Source: an uncultured Pseudomonadota bacterium (GTDB lineage: Bacteria; Pseudomonadota; Alphaproteobacteria; Rs-D84; CACZYB01). From it: 64,000 nt of DNA. The position numbers were made by a program, and so were the translations under genes. The notes under the pieces are model-generated. The model had not been told where the DNA came from and did no database searches. It worked only from the letters and a program-made list of their open reading frames with translations. Shown piece by piece: positions 43,682-53,011 of the stretch; the stretch's first letter is position 1, and the number at the start of each line of letters is the position of its first letter. Location: contig CACZYB010000001.1 in assembly GCA_902785275.1 (NCBI GenBank), positions 64,001-128,000 of the forward strand, in the 5' to 3' direction.

Positions 43682-45106
43682 ATGATAAAAGTAGCAATTA
43701 TTGGTCGTCCAAATGTTGGAAAATCAACACTATTCAATCGCCTTACAAAAAGGAACATTGCTATAGTCCATGACAGCAGTGGTACCACCCGCGATGTAAA
43801 GGAATATATTGTAAAGGCATACGATGGTTTTGAGTTTTCTCTTCTTGATACCGCAGGATTGGAACGTGCTCCTGATGGCTCTATTGCAAAACGTATGACT
43901 GATAAAACATTAGACGCAATTAAACAAGCAGACATAATATTTTTTGTTATCGATGGAAAAACTTCTGTTTTACCAGAAGATATGGATTTCGCCCGTACAG
44001 TAAAAAAGTATAATAAGGACGTTATCTTAATCGTTAATAAATCCGAAAATATGAACAACTTTAAAAACAACCTTGGTGATTTTTATAAACTTGGCTTTGG
44101 TGAACCACTTCCACTTTCTGCGGAACACGGTCAGGGTATGATAAACCTTATAGACAGACTTAAATCTGAAATAACAAAACTTACACCACCAGAAGAAGAA
44201 AATCACAATGATTTAGAAGATAATGAATTAAAGGACATAATTGAAATTGCTGAAGATTCTGCAAGTTCAGATGAAGACGAAGAAAAGGATTTTCGTGTTC
44301 GCATTGCTATAATCGGCCGTCCAAATGTTGGAAAATCAACTCTTGTAAATTCACTTCTTGGTGAAGACAGAATGTTAACCGGTAACGAAGCTGGCCTTAC
44401 ACGTGATGCGGTTGATACAGATTTCACTTATCGTGGTAGAGAAGTAAAACTTATCGATACAGCCGGTCTAAGAAAGAAAAACAAAGTATTCGAAGAATTG
44501 GAAAGATTATCCACTGCCCGCTCAATCGAAACAATCAAAAATTCAGACGTATGTATAATTGTAATCGATGCTGAACTTGGCCTTGATAAACAAGATTTAA
44601 CTATCGCAAGCTATGCCGTATCCGAAGGAAAGGGATTAATCATCGTTCTTAATAAATGGGACTTAATCCACGATAAAAAGGAAAAGCTTGAAGAAGTAAA
44701 AGATAAACTTGAAATATCTTTTTCACAGGTAAAGGAAATTCCAGTTGTTTGCATATCCGCCCTTAAATCACGTGGCGTAAATGAAATGATGAAAGAAGCA
44801 TTTGAAATATACGACCTTCGCAAACAAAGAATTACAACCGGAAGATTGAATAAATGGTTGGATCGTGTTGTTGCACAAAACCCTCCACCATTATCAAGGC
44901 TTAAACGCCCTATGAGTATAAAATACATAACTCAAAGTGCAACTCGTCCACCTACATTCACAATGTTCGTTGGCGGAGCATCCGAAATTCCGGAAAATTA
45001 CAAACGTTATTTAATAAATTCACTTGGTGAAACATTTGGATTTGGTAAGATTGTAATAAGACTTAAAACAAAAACATCAAAAAATCCATACAAGGACAAA
45101 AAATAA
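43682..45106 (+). CDS. der: ribosome biogenesis GTPase Der
   Basis: Two GTPase domains (GRPNVGKST twice, DTAGL twice) and a KH-like C-terminus. Confidence 0.98.
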   Translation: MIKVAIIGRPNVGKSTLFNRLTKRNIAIVHDSSGTTRDVKEYIVKAYDGFEFSLLDTAGLERAPDGSIAKRMTDKTLDAIKQADIIFFVIDGKTSVLPEDMDFARTVKKYNKDVILIVNKSENMNNFKNNLGDFYKLGFGEPLPLSAEHGQGMINLIDRLKSEITKLTPPEEENHNDLEDNELKDIIEIAEDSASSDEDEEKDFRVRIAIIGRPNVGKSTLVNSLLGEDRMLTGNEAGLTRDAVDTDFTYRGREVKLIDTAGLRKKNKVFEELERLSTARSIETIKNSDVCIIVIDAELGLDKQDLTIASYAVSEGKGLIIVLNKWDLIHDKKEKLEEVKDKLEISFSQVKEIPVVCISALKSRGVNEMMKEAFEIYDLRKQRITTGRLNKWLDRVVAQNPPPLSRLKRPMSIKYITQSATRPPTFTMFVGGASEIPENYKRYLINSLGETFGFGKIVIRLKTKTSKNPYKDKK

Positions 45107-45624
45107 TGAAAAATTTTTTTAAAAACAGCATTGTTATAATTTCAATATTTGTTTTGTTCGATTTTTTAACAAAGCTTTTAATACTCGCTCAAACACCATT
45201 TCCAATATCATTGTTCGGATATTACAAAAAATTATACCCAACCTACTATCCAATATCCGAACCATTACCATTTTTTAATATAATATTGGTATGGAATAAT
45301 GGCGTAAGTTTTTCCATGTTTTCAAACAACACCTTAATAGGAAGATTTCTTTTGATTGCTCTTTCTTTGAGTATAACTGTTTACATAGTTTCATTACTTA
45401 AAAAAGAAAAAAATATAATCAACAGACTTTCTTTTATGCTAATCATCGCGGGTGCATTGGGAAATATTTTTGATAGATTAAGATATGGTGCCGTAATCGA
45501 CTTTTTAGATTTCTATCTTGGCAAATACCACTATCCTGCATTCAACCTTGCAGATATATACATCTGCACCGGTGTTGGCTTGATAATCCTAAATTCTATC
45601 ATCAATAATAAAAAGAAAAAATAA
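45106..45624 (+). CDS. lspA: lipoprotein signal peptidase II
   Basis: NNGVSFS, GALGNIFDRL, VIDF, PAFNLAD. Confidence 0.97.
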   Translation: MKNFFKNSIVIISIFVLFDFLTKLLILAQTPFPISLFGYYKKLYPTYYPISEPLPFFNIILVWNNGVSFSMFSNNTLIGRFLLIALSLSITVYIVSLLKKEKNIINRLSFMLIIAGALGNIFDRLRYGAVIDFLDFYLGKYHYPAFNLADIYICTGVGLIILNSIINNKKKK

Positions 45625-45708
45625 AACTAATAAAAAAAAATAATTAGTTTTATAGTAACAAAAAACCTCCCGATTGGGAGGTCTTTTTAAATCTTAAATA
45701 CTTTTAAC

Positions 45709-45984
45709 TTATTTGTTAACAGCATCTTTCAAAGTTTTACCAGCTTTGAATTTTGGTTGTACAGAAGCTGGGATTTTGATTTCTTCACCAGTTCTTGGGT
45801 TATGACCCTTTGTAGCTTTTCTCTTTGAAACAGAGAAAGTACCAAAACCGATAAGTTTTACTTCTTCTTTTTTCTTTAATGCTTTTGTAACAACATTGAT
45901 GAATGCATCAACAACTTCAGCTGTTTTTGCTTTTGAAAGATCTGTTGCTTCTGCAATTGCATTGATGATATCATTTTTATTCAT
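45709..45984 (-). CDS. hup: DNA-binding protein HU
   Basis: MNKNDII, GFGTF, GHNPRTGE, PKFKAGKTLKDAVN; AAGGAG RBS before ATG 45984. Confidence 0.97.
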   Translation of the reverse strand: MNKNDIINAIAEATDLSKAKTAEVVDAFINVVTKALKKKEEVKLIGFGTFSVSKRKATKGHNPRTGEEIKIPASVQPKFKAGKTLKDAVNK

Positions 45985-46196
45985 AATATATCTCCTTTTT
46001 AAGTTTTTACCTTTTCTATGTATTGTTTTCCAACACATACTTAGATTCAACTATTAAAAATCACAGAAGTCAACAAAAAAAGCTAAAAATACCCCTAAAA
46101 ATCGCGATTTTCTCAAAAAAAATCGTATTTTTAACCAAAATTCATAGATTTGTCGCTATTTTTTAAGGCAAATAAGTTCAAAAAGCCAAAGATTCT

Positions 46197-46847
46197 CTAA
46201 TACAAACCATTATAAACTTTTGATTTTCTACTCTTTGTTTGACCCGAAACTTGTAAGAAATAACGAGAGTCAAAAAGTATTGCGCCATCATCACCTGTGG
46301 TACATTTATAATATGCATCATCGGTTTTCTTATCTCGGCAATCAACATAAACACCATTGTCAACAACATCTTCCAATGAAACTCTGTTTGTTGCCAAATC
46401 CAAAAGCACCTCTGCAAATGCAAGAATAATAACACCCATAACAAGCATAGCAATATGCATCCACTTCATGTCTCCTTCATACGCTGCCTTAACAAAAATC
46501 CACAATACCATAAACACTGCACCAACATAGATAAGACGTCTGAATTGGATAAATAATTTTTCTGCCCTTTGCACAAATTTTTTCCATGGTCCCAAATCAG
46601 CCTCACCAAAGTTCAAATTTTTAACTGAACAAAAAGCCTCTAAATTTTCACTTTTCTTTGGTGCATTTTTAAGAACAATAGGACAAGAATTTTTTATCTT
46701 TTTAACCATATCATCTGTAAAACGAAAACCATGTACAGCATTATCCGAAGATTTACGGTAAGAAGTTCTTCTTTTTGCAAACACAGAAGAACCCGAAACA
46801 CCACAAATAAATAATACCAACACTAAAAATAAAGCAAACTTTTTCAT
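46197..46847 (-). CDS. secreted/membrane protein with a TrbC/VirB2 pilin-like hydrophobic hairpin
   Basis: Signal peptide then AKRRTSYRKSS; central RRLIYVGAVFMVLWIFVKAAYEGDMKWMHIAMLVMGVIILAFAEVLL resembles VirB2-type helix-G-x-x-x-W-helix. Confidence 0.5.
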   Translation of the reverse strand: MKKFALFLVLVLFICGVSGSSVFAKRRTSYRKSSDNAVHGFRFTDDMVKKIKNSCPIVLKNAPKKSENLEAFCSVKNLNFGEADLGPWKKFVQRAEKLFIQFRRLIYVGAVFMVLWIFVKAAYEGDMKWMHIAMLVMGVIILAFAEVLLDLATNRVSLEDVVDNGVYVDCRDKKTDDAYYKCTTGDDGAILFDSRYFLQVSGQTKSRKSKVYNGLY

Positions 46848-46901
46848 TTTACGTCTCCTATACAAACAATAATATCACAAAGTCCCAACTATTGCAAATA
46901 T

Positions 46902-48110
46902 TTATTCGGCAATACTTTTAATTTCATCTTTTACATCAACACCAATTTCTTTTACGGTCTTTGCACCCAAGGATTTCATATCTTCAGCAATAGAAATAGC
47001 ATTTCCACGACCACAGGAAAGTTGTTTAAATGCTTCATCATAAGCCTTTTTTGCAGTATTAAGTCCTTTATCAATATTTTCCATATTTCCAACAAAGCCA
47101 ACCAATTTATCATAAAGTTGCCCTGCCTTATCTGCGATCTTACTTGCATTTTGATTTTGTTTTTCAATATTCCACAAATTTTTCACAGTCCTTAAAATAG
47201 GAAGTATCGATGACGGTGTAGTAATCGCCACATTATTTTTATATGCATTATCATAAATTGTATTATCACCTTTAAGTGCTTCAATATATGCATGTTCGTT
47301 CGGAATAAACATAAACACGAAATCAAGACTGTTGTCTTTCAAAAGTTTTTGATATTCCTTTGTCGAAAGCTCAGAAATATGTTTTTTTATAGAAGATATA
47401 TGAAGTTCCAAACAACGTTTTCTTTCACTATCATCTTCTGATTTAACATAATCAACATAGTTTGAAATAGAAACTTTTGAATCAACAATAAGCTTTTTTC
47501 CATCAGGAAGAGAAATAATACAATCCGGACGAAGATTTTCACCATCTTCACCTTTTAAATTAAATTGCATCTGGTAATCTCTGCCTTCTAAAAATCCAGC
47601 CATATCCAAAATGTTTTTAAGTTGGTTTTCACCCCAATCACCCTGAATTTTACTATTACCCTTTAATGCCTTTACCAAATCATCCGCATTTTTGGAAAGA
47701 GTTGTATTCATATTTTTCAAATCTTCCAAATTTTTTTTCAAAAACCCCTTATCCTCCATATTTATCGCATTTGTCTTTTCAATAAGAGTTTTAAAATTGT
47801 TTATATCAGTCTTAAATGGATTAAGTATGACCGAAAGATTTTCTTTTTGCTCCTTATCCAAATCATACTTTTGAGCCTTAAGTACACGATTCGAAATATT
47901 TTCAAATTTTTCTTCCATAGTCCTTTGCATCAACAAAAGATTTTTAGAAGTATTTTCTTTCTCTGTTTTTAAAATAAATTCCAACTTATCTTTTTCGAAT
48001 TTAAGTTTATTAAACGCATCTTTTATCTTATTTTTTTCGTTTGTAACCCAATACCAATTAACCAAAGCAATTATTGAAATTATAAAAAGTAAAATTGTTG
48101 CTATTTCCAT
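46902..48110 (-). CDS. rmuC: DNA recombination protein RmuC
   Basis: QGDWGE, RPDCII.LP, VDSKVS, DFVFMFIPNE, TPS. Confidence 0.95.
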   Translation of the reverse strand: MEIATILLFIISIIALVNWYWVTNEKNKIKDAFNKLKFEKDKLEFILKTEKENTSKNLLLMQRTMEEKFENISNRVLKAQKYDLDKEQKENLSVILNPFKTDINNFKTLIEKTNAINMEDKGFLKKNLEDLKNMNTTLSKNADDLVKALKGNSKIQGDWGENQLKNILDMAGFLEGRDYQMQFNLKGEDGENLRPDCIISLPDGKKLIVDSKVSISNYVDYVKSEDDSERKRCLELHISSIKKHISELSTKEYQKLLKDNSLDFVFMFIPNEHAYIEALKGDNTIYDNAYKNNVAITTPSSILPILRTVKNLWNIEKQNQNASKIADKAGQLYDKLVGFVGNMENIDKGLNTAKKAYDEAFKQLSCGRGNAISIAEDMKSLGAKTVKEIGVDVKDEIKSIAE

Positions 48111-48177
48111 TTTTATACCTTATATTATTAACATTGAACAAATTATACTAACAAAATTACAAAAAAGAAAGATTAAA

Positions 48178-48717
48178 TTGGAAAATACAAAAAAATTAAC
48201 ATTGGTAATAGAACCAGATCCAATACTTCATCAAATCGCAACAAAAGTTGAAAACATAACTGATGAAATTGATGAAACATTAAATGAAATGGCAAAGATT
48301 ATGGAACAATTCGATGGAATTGGGCTTGCTGGGCCACAGGTTGGTGTACAAAAACAAATAATCATTATCGATGCGGAAACTATCGCACGTGAAGACAAGG
48401 TTGAACTTCCAAAAGAAAGATATTTAAAAATCATCAACCCTGAAATAATAAGTGTATCAAAGGAAACTTGTTTAAAAGAAGAAGGTTGTCTTTCACTTCC
48501 AACAATATACTATACCGTTGAACGTCCAGAAAAAATTTACATAAAATACCTAAATGAAAAAGGTAAAGAAATTAAACTTGATGCAGATGGACTTTTAGCA
48601 CGTTGTATCGAACACGAAATTGATCATCTAAAAGGAAAGGTTTTCATTGATTACGTTGGTCCACTTAAACGTAAACTTGCTCTTTCAAAGCTAAAGAAAA
48701 TGAAACCAAGAAAATAA
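48178..48717 (+). CDS. def: peptide deformylase
   Basis: GIGLAGPQVG, EGCLSLP, HEIDH. Confidence 0.97.
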   Translation: MENTKKLTLVIEPDPILHQIATKVENITDEIDETLNEMAKIMEQFDGIGLAGPQVGVQKQIIIIDAETIAREDKVELPKERYLKIINPEIISVSKETCLKEEGCLSLPTIYYTVERPEKIYIKYLNEKGKEIKLDADGLLARCIEHEIDHLKGKVFIDYVGPLKRKLALSKLKKMKPRK

Positions 48718-48733
48718 AGTATAAGGATACATT

Positions 48734-49693
48734 ATGACCGAAGATTTTGTAACAAACGAAATTTCTAAAAACTCAAAAAAGTTAAGAATAGTTTTTATGG
48801 GTACACCTGAATTCGCCGTACCTGCACTTAAAAAACTTATCGAAAAATATGATGTTGTTGCAGTTTTGACCAAGGAACCAAAACCTGTTGGTCGTAAAAT
48901 GATTTTAACAAAATCACCGGTTCATATTGTTGCAGAAGAAAACAATATTCCTGTACTTACTCCCAAAAGCTTTAAGGATCCATTAAACATTACAAATATT
49001 CAAATGTATCATCCTGATATGATTGTTGTTTGCGCATACGGTTTAATCATCCCTGAAAAAATTTTGCTTGAACCAAAATATGGTTGCATAAACATCCACG
49101 CATCAATTCTTCCAAAATATCGTGGTGCAAATCCTATCCAAAGAGCTGTTTTAAATGGTGACCGTATGGCTGGTATTACAATTATGTCAATGGATAAAGG
49201 TCTTGATACAGGTCCTATGTTACTAAAGGAGGCTATACCTGTTCCTCAAAATATGACATACGGCGAACTTGAACAAGAATTAAGTATCATCGGCTCAAAT
49301 CTTATCGTTAATTATATTGATAACAGGGACAATATATTACCACAACACCAAACAAATGAATTTACCCTTGCACCAAAGCTTGAAAAGGGTGAAGAAAAAA
49401 TCAATTGGCAAAATACCGCAACAAATATTCACAATCTTGTTCGTGCATTAAATCCACGACCTTATGCAACATTCGAACACAACGGCAATACAATAAAGCT
49501 TATAAAAAGTGAAGTTGTAAACGAACAAACTGATAAACCTACGGGTACTGTTCTAAATAACAAATTGGATATTGCATGCGGTAAAGGTACAATATTAAGG
49601 ATTCTTTCCGTACAAAAATCTGGTGGAAAAATTATTGATACAAAATCCTTCCTAAACGGATATAAAATTGAAATTGGTGAAATATTAAAGTAA
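48734..49693 (+). CDS. fmt: methionyl-tRNA formyltransferase
   Basis: FMGTPEFAV, INIHASILPKYRGANPI, GLDTGP. Confidence 0.98.
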   Translation: MTEDFVTNEISKNSKKLRIVFMGTPEFAVPALKKLIEKYDVVAVLTKEPKPVGRKMILTKSPVHIVAEENNIPVLTPKSFKDPLNITNIQMYHPDMIVVCAYGLIIPEKILLEPKYGCINIHASILPKYRGANPIQRAVLNGDRMAGITIMSMDKGLDTGPMLLKEAIPVPQNMTYGELEQELSIIGSNLIVNYIDNRDNILPQHQTNEFTLAPKLEKGEEKINWQNTATNIHNLVRALNPRPYATFEHNGNTIKLIKSEVVNEQTDKPTGTVLNNKLDIACGKGTILRILSVQKSGGKIIDTKSFLNGYKIEIGEILK

Positions 49694-50436
49694 TGGCAAA
49701 ATATCTTCTTGAAATTGAATACGTAGGAACAAATTATTCTGGTTGGCAAATCCAAGATAACGCACCATCCATCGAAGGTGCATTGGAAGCCGCAATAAAA
49801 AAATTCTGTGGCGAAGATACTCTTGTCTATTCCTCCGGAAGAACCGATGCCGGCGTTCATGCAATAAAAATGCCTGCCCACGTTGAACTTTCAAAAGAAT
49901 ACGATCCATACAAAATTTTAATGGGGGTAAACTTTCACTTAAAAGATGCCGGACACACCATATCAATACTAAGTGTTAAAAAAGTTGATAACGATTTTCA
50001 TGCAAGATTCAGCTGTCAAAAACGACACTATATTTACAAAATTCTAAACCGCCCAACCCGTCCAGTAATAATGGAAAATCGTGTTTGGTGGGTATACAAA
50101 GATTTGGATGTAGAACTTATGAACAAGGTTGCAAAACACCTTCTTGGAAAACATGATTTTTCAACATTCCGTGCCGCTGAATGTCAGGCAAAATCACCAA
50201 TCAAAACACTTGATGAATTAGAAATAAAAAGAAATGGCGATGAAATTGAATTTATCGTTTCCGCAAAATCATTCCTTCATCATCAAGTTCGCAATATGGT
50301 TGGCACACTTGTCCTTGTGGGAAAGCATCAATGGACCGAACAAGATTTCATCGATGCATTCAATGCATGTGATAGAAGACGTGGTGGTCCAACTGCACCT
50401 GCATGCGGACTTTACTTTAACTATGCCGAATACTAA
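49693..50436 (+). CDS. truA: tRNA pseudouridine(38-40) synthase
   Basis: GRTDAGVHA, FHARF, FLHHQVRNMVG, APACGLY. Confidence 0.98.
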   Translation: MAKYLLEIEYVGTNYSGWQIQDNAPSIEGALEAAIKKFCGEDTLVYSSGRTDAGVHAIKMPAHVELSKEYDPYKILMGVNFHLKDAGHTISILSVKKVDNDFHARFSCQKRHYIYKILNRPTRPVIMENRVWWVYKDLDVELMNKVAKHLLGKHDFSTFRAAECQAKSPIKTLDELEIKRNGDEIEFIVSAKSFLHHQVRNMVGTLVLVGKHQWTEQDFIDAFNACDRRRGGPTAPACGLYFNYAEY

Positions 50437-50444
50437 AAACAAAA

Positions 50445-50693
50445 ATGTCGAAACAAATTTTTCAAATACATCTATGCCCTAATGCCAAAAAGGATGAAAT
50501 AAGCGGTCTTTTTAACGATCGCATAAAAATATCCATCACTGCCCAACCAATAGATGGAAAGGCAAACGAAGCATTAATAAAATTCCTATCAAAACATCTT
50601 CATATTTCGAAAAGTTCAATCGAAATTATAAAAGGTCTTACCTCTCGAGATAAAACAATTTCAATCGATTCGGACAAAGAAATAAATTTATAA
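50445..50693 (+). CDS. DUF167 (YggU) family protein
   Basis: PNAKK, PIDGKANEALIKFL, GLTSRDK. Confidence 0.9.
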   Translation: MSKQIFQIHLCPNAKKDEISGLFNDRIKISITAQPIDGKANEALIKFLSKHLHISKSSIEIIKGLTSRDKTISIDSDKEINL

Positions 50694-50701
50694 AATATAA
50701 A

Positions 50702-50947
50702 TTATTTTTTCTTCCAAACACGATTTAATTTTGTAATAAATTCTGATGGATTGAAACCCATTACATGAGCAAGCTCTAAAAATTCAAGAACGTCAAGACG
50801 TCTTTCACCATTTTCATATTTTGAAATATAAGATTGATTTTTGTGCAAAAGACGTGCAACTTGGTTTTGTGTAAGACCACTTTCTTTTCTTGCTTCATAC
50901 ATAAGTTTCATAAATGATATCTGATTTTCTGTAAATTTTTTTTCCAT
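50702..50947 (-). CDS. XRE-family HTH transcriptional regulator
   Basis: ARKESGLTQNQVARLL..QSYISKYENGERRLDVLEF. Confidence 0.9.
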   Translation of the reverse strand: MEKKFTENQISFMKLMYEARKESGLTQNQVARLLHKNQSYISKYENGERRLDVLEFLELAHVMGFNPSEFITKLNRVWKKK

Positions 50948-51070
50948 TTTATTCTCCTATTTTTATTATTATTTTTTTATAACTATAAGATAACAGAAAT
51001 TATCTCATTTGTAAATTATTTTAATTTTTTACAGAAGCAAAGAAGTTCAAATTCTTTGAAATAAACAAAA

Positions 51071-51325
51071 TTATTTCATACCTTTTTTAATCATATTCTT
51101 TATAAAAGCCACAAGATACCTTTGACCCTCCAAAAATCTCAACTCAAAATCTGAAGAATTCGAAGATAAATATCTGTTTTGAGTTATTGAAATTAAATAC
51201 TCCAAAACTTTTCTGCCCGATTCGGTATTAAAAGTTTTTACAAAATAAATAGGCATAAGTTCTAAGTCTTTTTTAAAATCCTTTGATTCGAATAAATCAT
51301 ACATTCCTAATAAATCAGTTTTCAT
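51071..51325 (-). CDS. podovirus-like small protein (Bbp19-like), usually found next to the portal gene
   Basis: F...F....GRKVLEYL..IT...ELRFLEGQRYLV pattern; GAGGGG RBS. Confidence 0.6.
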   Translation of the reverse strand: MKTDLLGMYDLFESKDFKKDLELMPIYFVKTFNTESGRKVLEYLISITQNRYLSSNSSDFELRFLEGQRYLVAFIKNMIKKGMK

Positions 51326-51401
51326 ATTTTCCCCCTCAAAAAAAAAGAAGGCATTTTTTAAATGCCCTCTTAAAATAATAACAAAAAAATTTTTTTTAAT
51401 C

Positions 51402-52061
51402 TTATATAAAAATCTGTCCTGTCATCTTAAGTGACTTTGGAAAAGCTCTAACGCTACTCTTACCACTTACAAAAATATGACCATCGATAAAATTATTACC
51501 CAAGAAACTTAAACCATCAGAATTGATAAGATAAATATTTCCTATAACTTGAAAATTCTTTGGTATCTTAACAAAATTAATATCTTTAATATACAAATTA
51601 CCTTCTATCCTAACATTTGATTTAAGATATTTTAAATTTCCCTTTGTAAACAAAACATCACCATGAACAACAGTTGTTTTCTTTGCTGTCTTTTTATATT
51701 TTACAACTTTTGTTTTTTTCGAAGTCAAAACTTGCTTACGACAATTTTTTCCATTACAAAGCAATTTTGATTCACTTAAATATCTATCACCTGCAAATTT
51801 CTTAAGACCTGCAGAAAGAGGAATACTTCTTTCGAACACAATTTCTTCATCATAAACATAATTAAGCTTTGTTGGTCTGGAATAAGGTACAAAAATATTT
51901 TCTGGTTTATCTTCTTTATGTGCAGCGATATAAGCCCTAACTTCTGCTTTTTTAATTTCTTTTGCAGATTTTTTATAGGTTTTCATATAAATAAGTCCGC
52001 CCAAAATCATCAAAAATAATCCAGTAAAAACAAGTACATATCTTTTTTGTTCAGTATTCAT
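51402..52061 (-). CDS. membrane-anchored protein with C-terminal ~21-aa (V/I)xGx(L/I)x(I/L) solenoid repeats
   Basis: One N-terminal TM helix; VHGDVLF / IEGNLYI / VIGNIYL / IDGHIFV / MTGQIFI. Confidence 0.6.
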   Translation of the reverse strand: MNTEQKRYVLVFTGLFLMILGGLIYMKTYKKSAKEIKKAEVRAYIAAHKEDKPENIFVPYSRPTKLNYVYDEEIVFERSIPLSAGLKKFAGDRYLSESKLLCNGKNCRKQVLTSKKTKVVKYKKTAKKTTVVHGDVLFTKGNLKYLKSNVRIEGNLYIKDINFVKIPKNFQVIGNIYLINSDGLSFLGNNFIDGHIFVSGKSSVRAFPKSLKMTGQIFI

Positions 52062-52141
52062 AATATCACCTTTTGTTAAATTTATATCATAAATATAGCC
52101 CTAAATTATTTATTTGTCAACTATTTTGTTTAGTTTTTTTG

Positions 52142-53011
52142 TCATATTTTAAAATCTGTCCTTATTCTAAACGGAGCATTTGGCAATTTCCTTAAAATTC
52201 CAATTCTTCCGCCAACAATAACCGGCATTTTAACTGGCTGAGCCAAAATAGCCCCAGCCACACTATCCAAACCATCATCATGCACTTTACTGTCTACATT
52301 CCAGTCGGTAAATTCACCAATAAACGGTGTATCCTTCACACTTTCGTTCACCAAAAGATACCCCGCCGAAATAACCGCATCAAATGCATCCAAGATTCTA
52401 AGCTCCTTTGAAACCTTTGAATTTTTCGCCACAACCGAAACATTCATTCCATTTTTCAAAAGCTCTGTTTTTAAAAATTCAGGCAAAAATTTACCAATAC
52501 CATTACTTTCAACATTAACGGAGGGCACAAAATTTCTTTTCAAAAAAGAAACCACCCTTTCACATTGGTCACGTGCAGACTGTACATCCTCACAATCTTT
52601 AAAATAAAGATATTCCACATCGTGCAAATAATATCGGCCATCTTCATCAATAAAAACAACCGATATAACCGAACCATCACCATCTTTTGAACCATATGAC
52701 GGATCCCACCAACACGACACACTTATAATCTTTTTATCATTTATAGAAAATGAAAGCAGGCCATTTCTTTCCTCTCGTTTTAATTCCGAATTATAAAACA
52801 AAAGTTTCGAAACATCGAACCTTCCCTCTCTTATATCCACAGGACAAAGCATCATCTGGGATGAAAATTTTTTCATACCCACAGATTTTTTAAGTCTTTC
52901 TATTTTCTCCAACGGAAACTTTTCTGGCCAAACAGATTTTCCATTTTCAATTACCGGAATTTTTAATAAATCGTATCCAGCCAAAAAAGCATCAAACACA
53001 TCTTCATTCAT
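52142..53011 (-). CDS. phage large terminase, C-terminal nuclease half
   Basis: WPEKF, FSSQMML.P, WWDPSYG...D (RNase H Asp), VESNGIG, HDDGLDSVAGAI; no ATPase motifs; start overlaps the portal stop (ATGAATGA). Confidence 0.85.
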   Translation of the reverse strand: MNEDVFDAFLAGYDLLKIPVIENGKSVWPEKFPLEKIERLKKSVGMKKFSSQMMLCPVDIREGRFDVSKLLFYNSELKREERNGLLSFSINDKKIISVSCWWDPSYGSKDGDGSVISVVFIDEDGRYYLHDVEYLYFKDCEDVQSARDQCERVVSFLKRNFVPSVNVESNGIGKFLPEFLKTELLKNGMNVSVVAKNSKVSKELRILDAFDAVISAGYLLVNESVKDTPFIGEFTDWNVDSKVHDDGLDSVAGAILAQPVKMPVIVGGRIGILRKLPNAPFRIRTDFKI

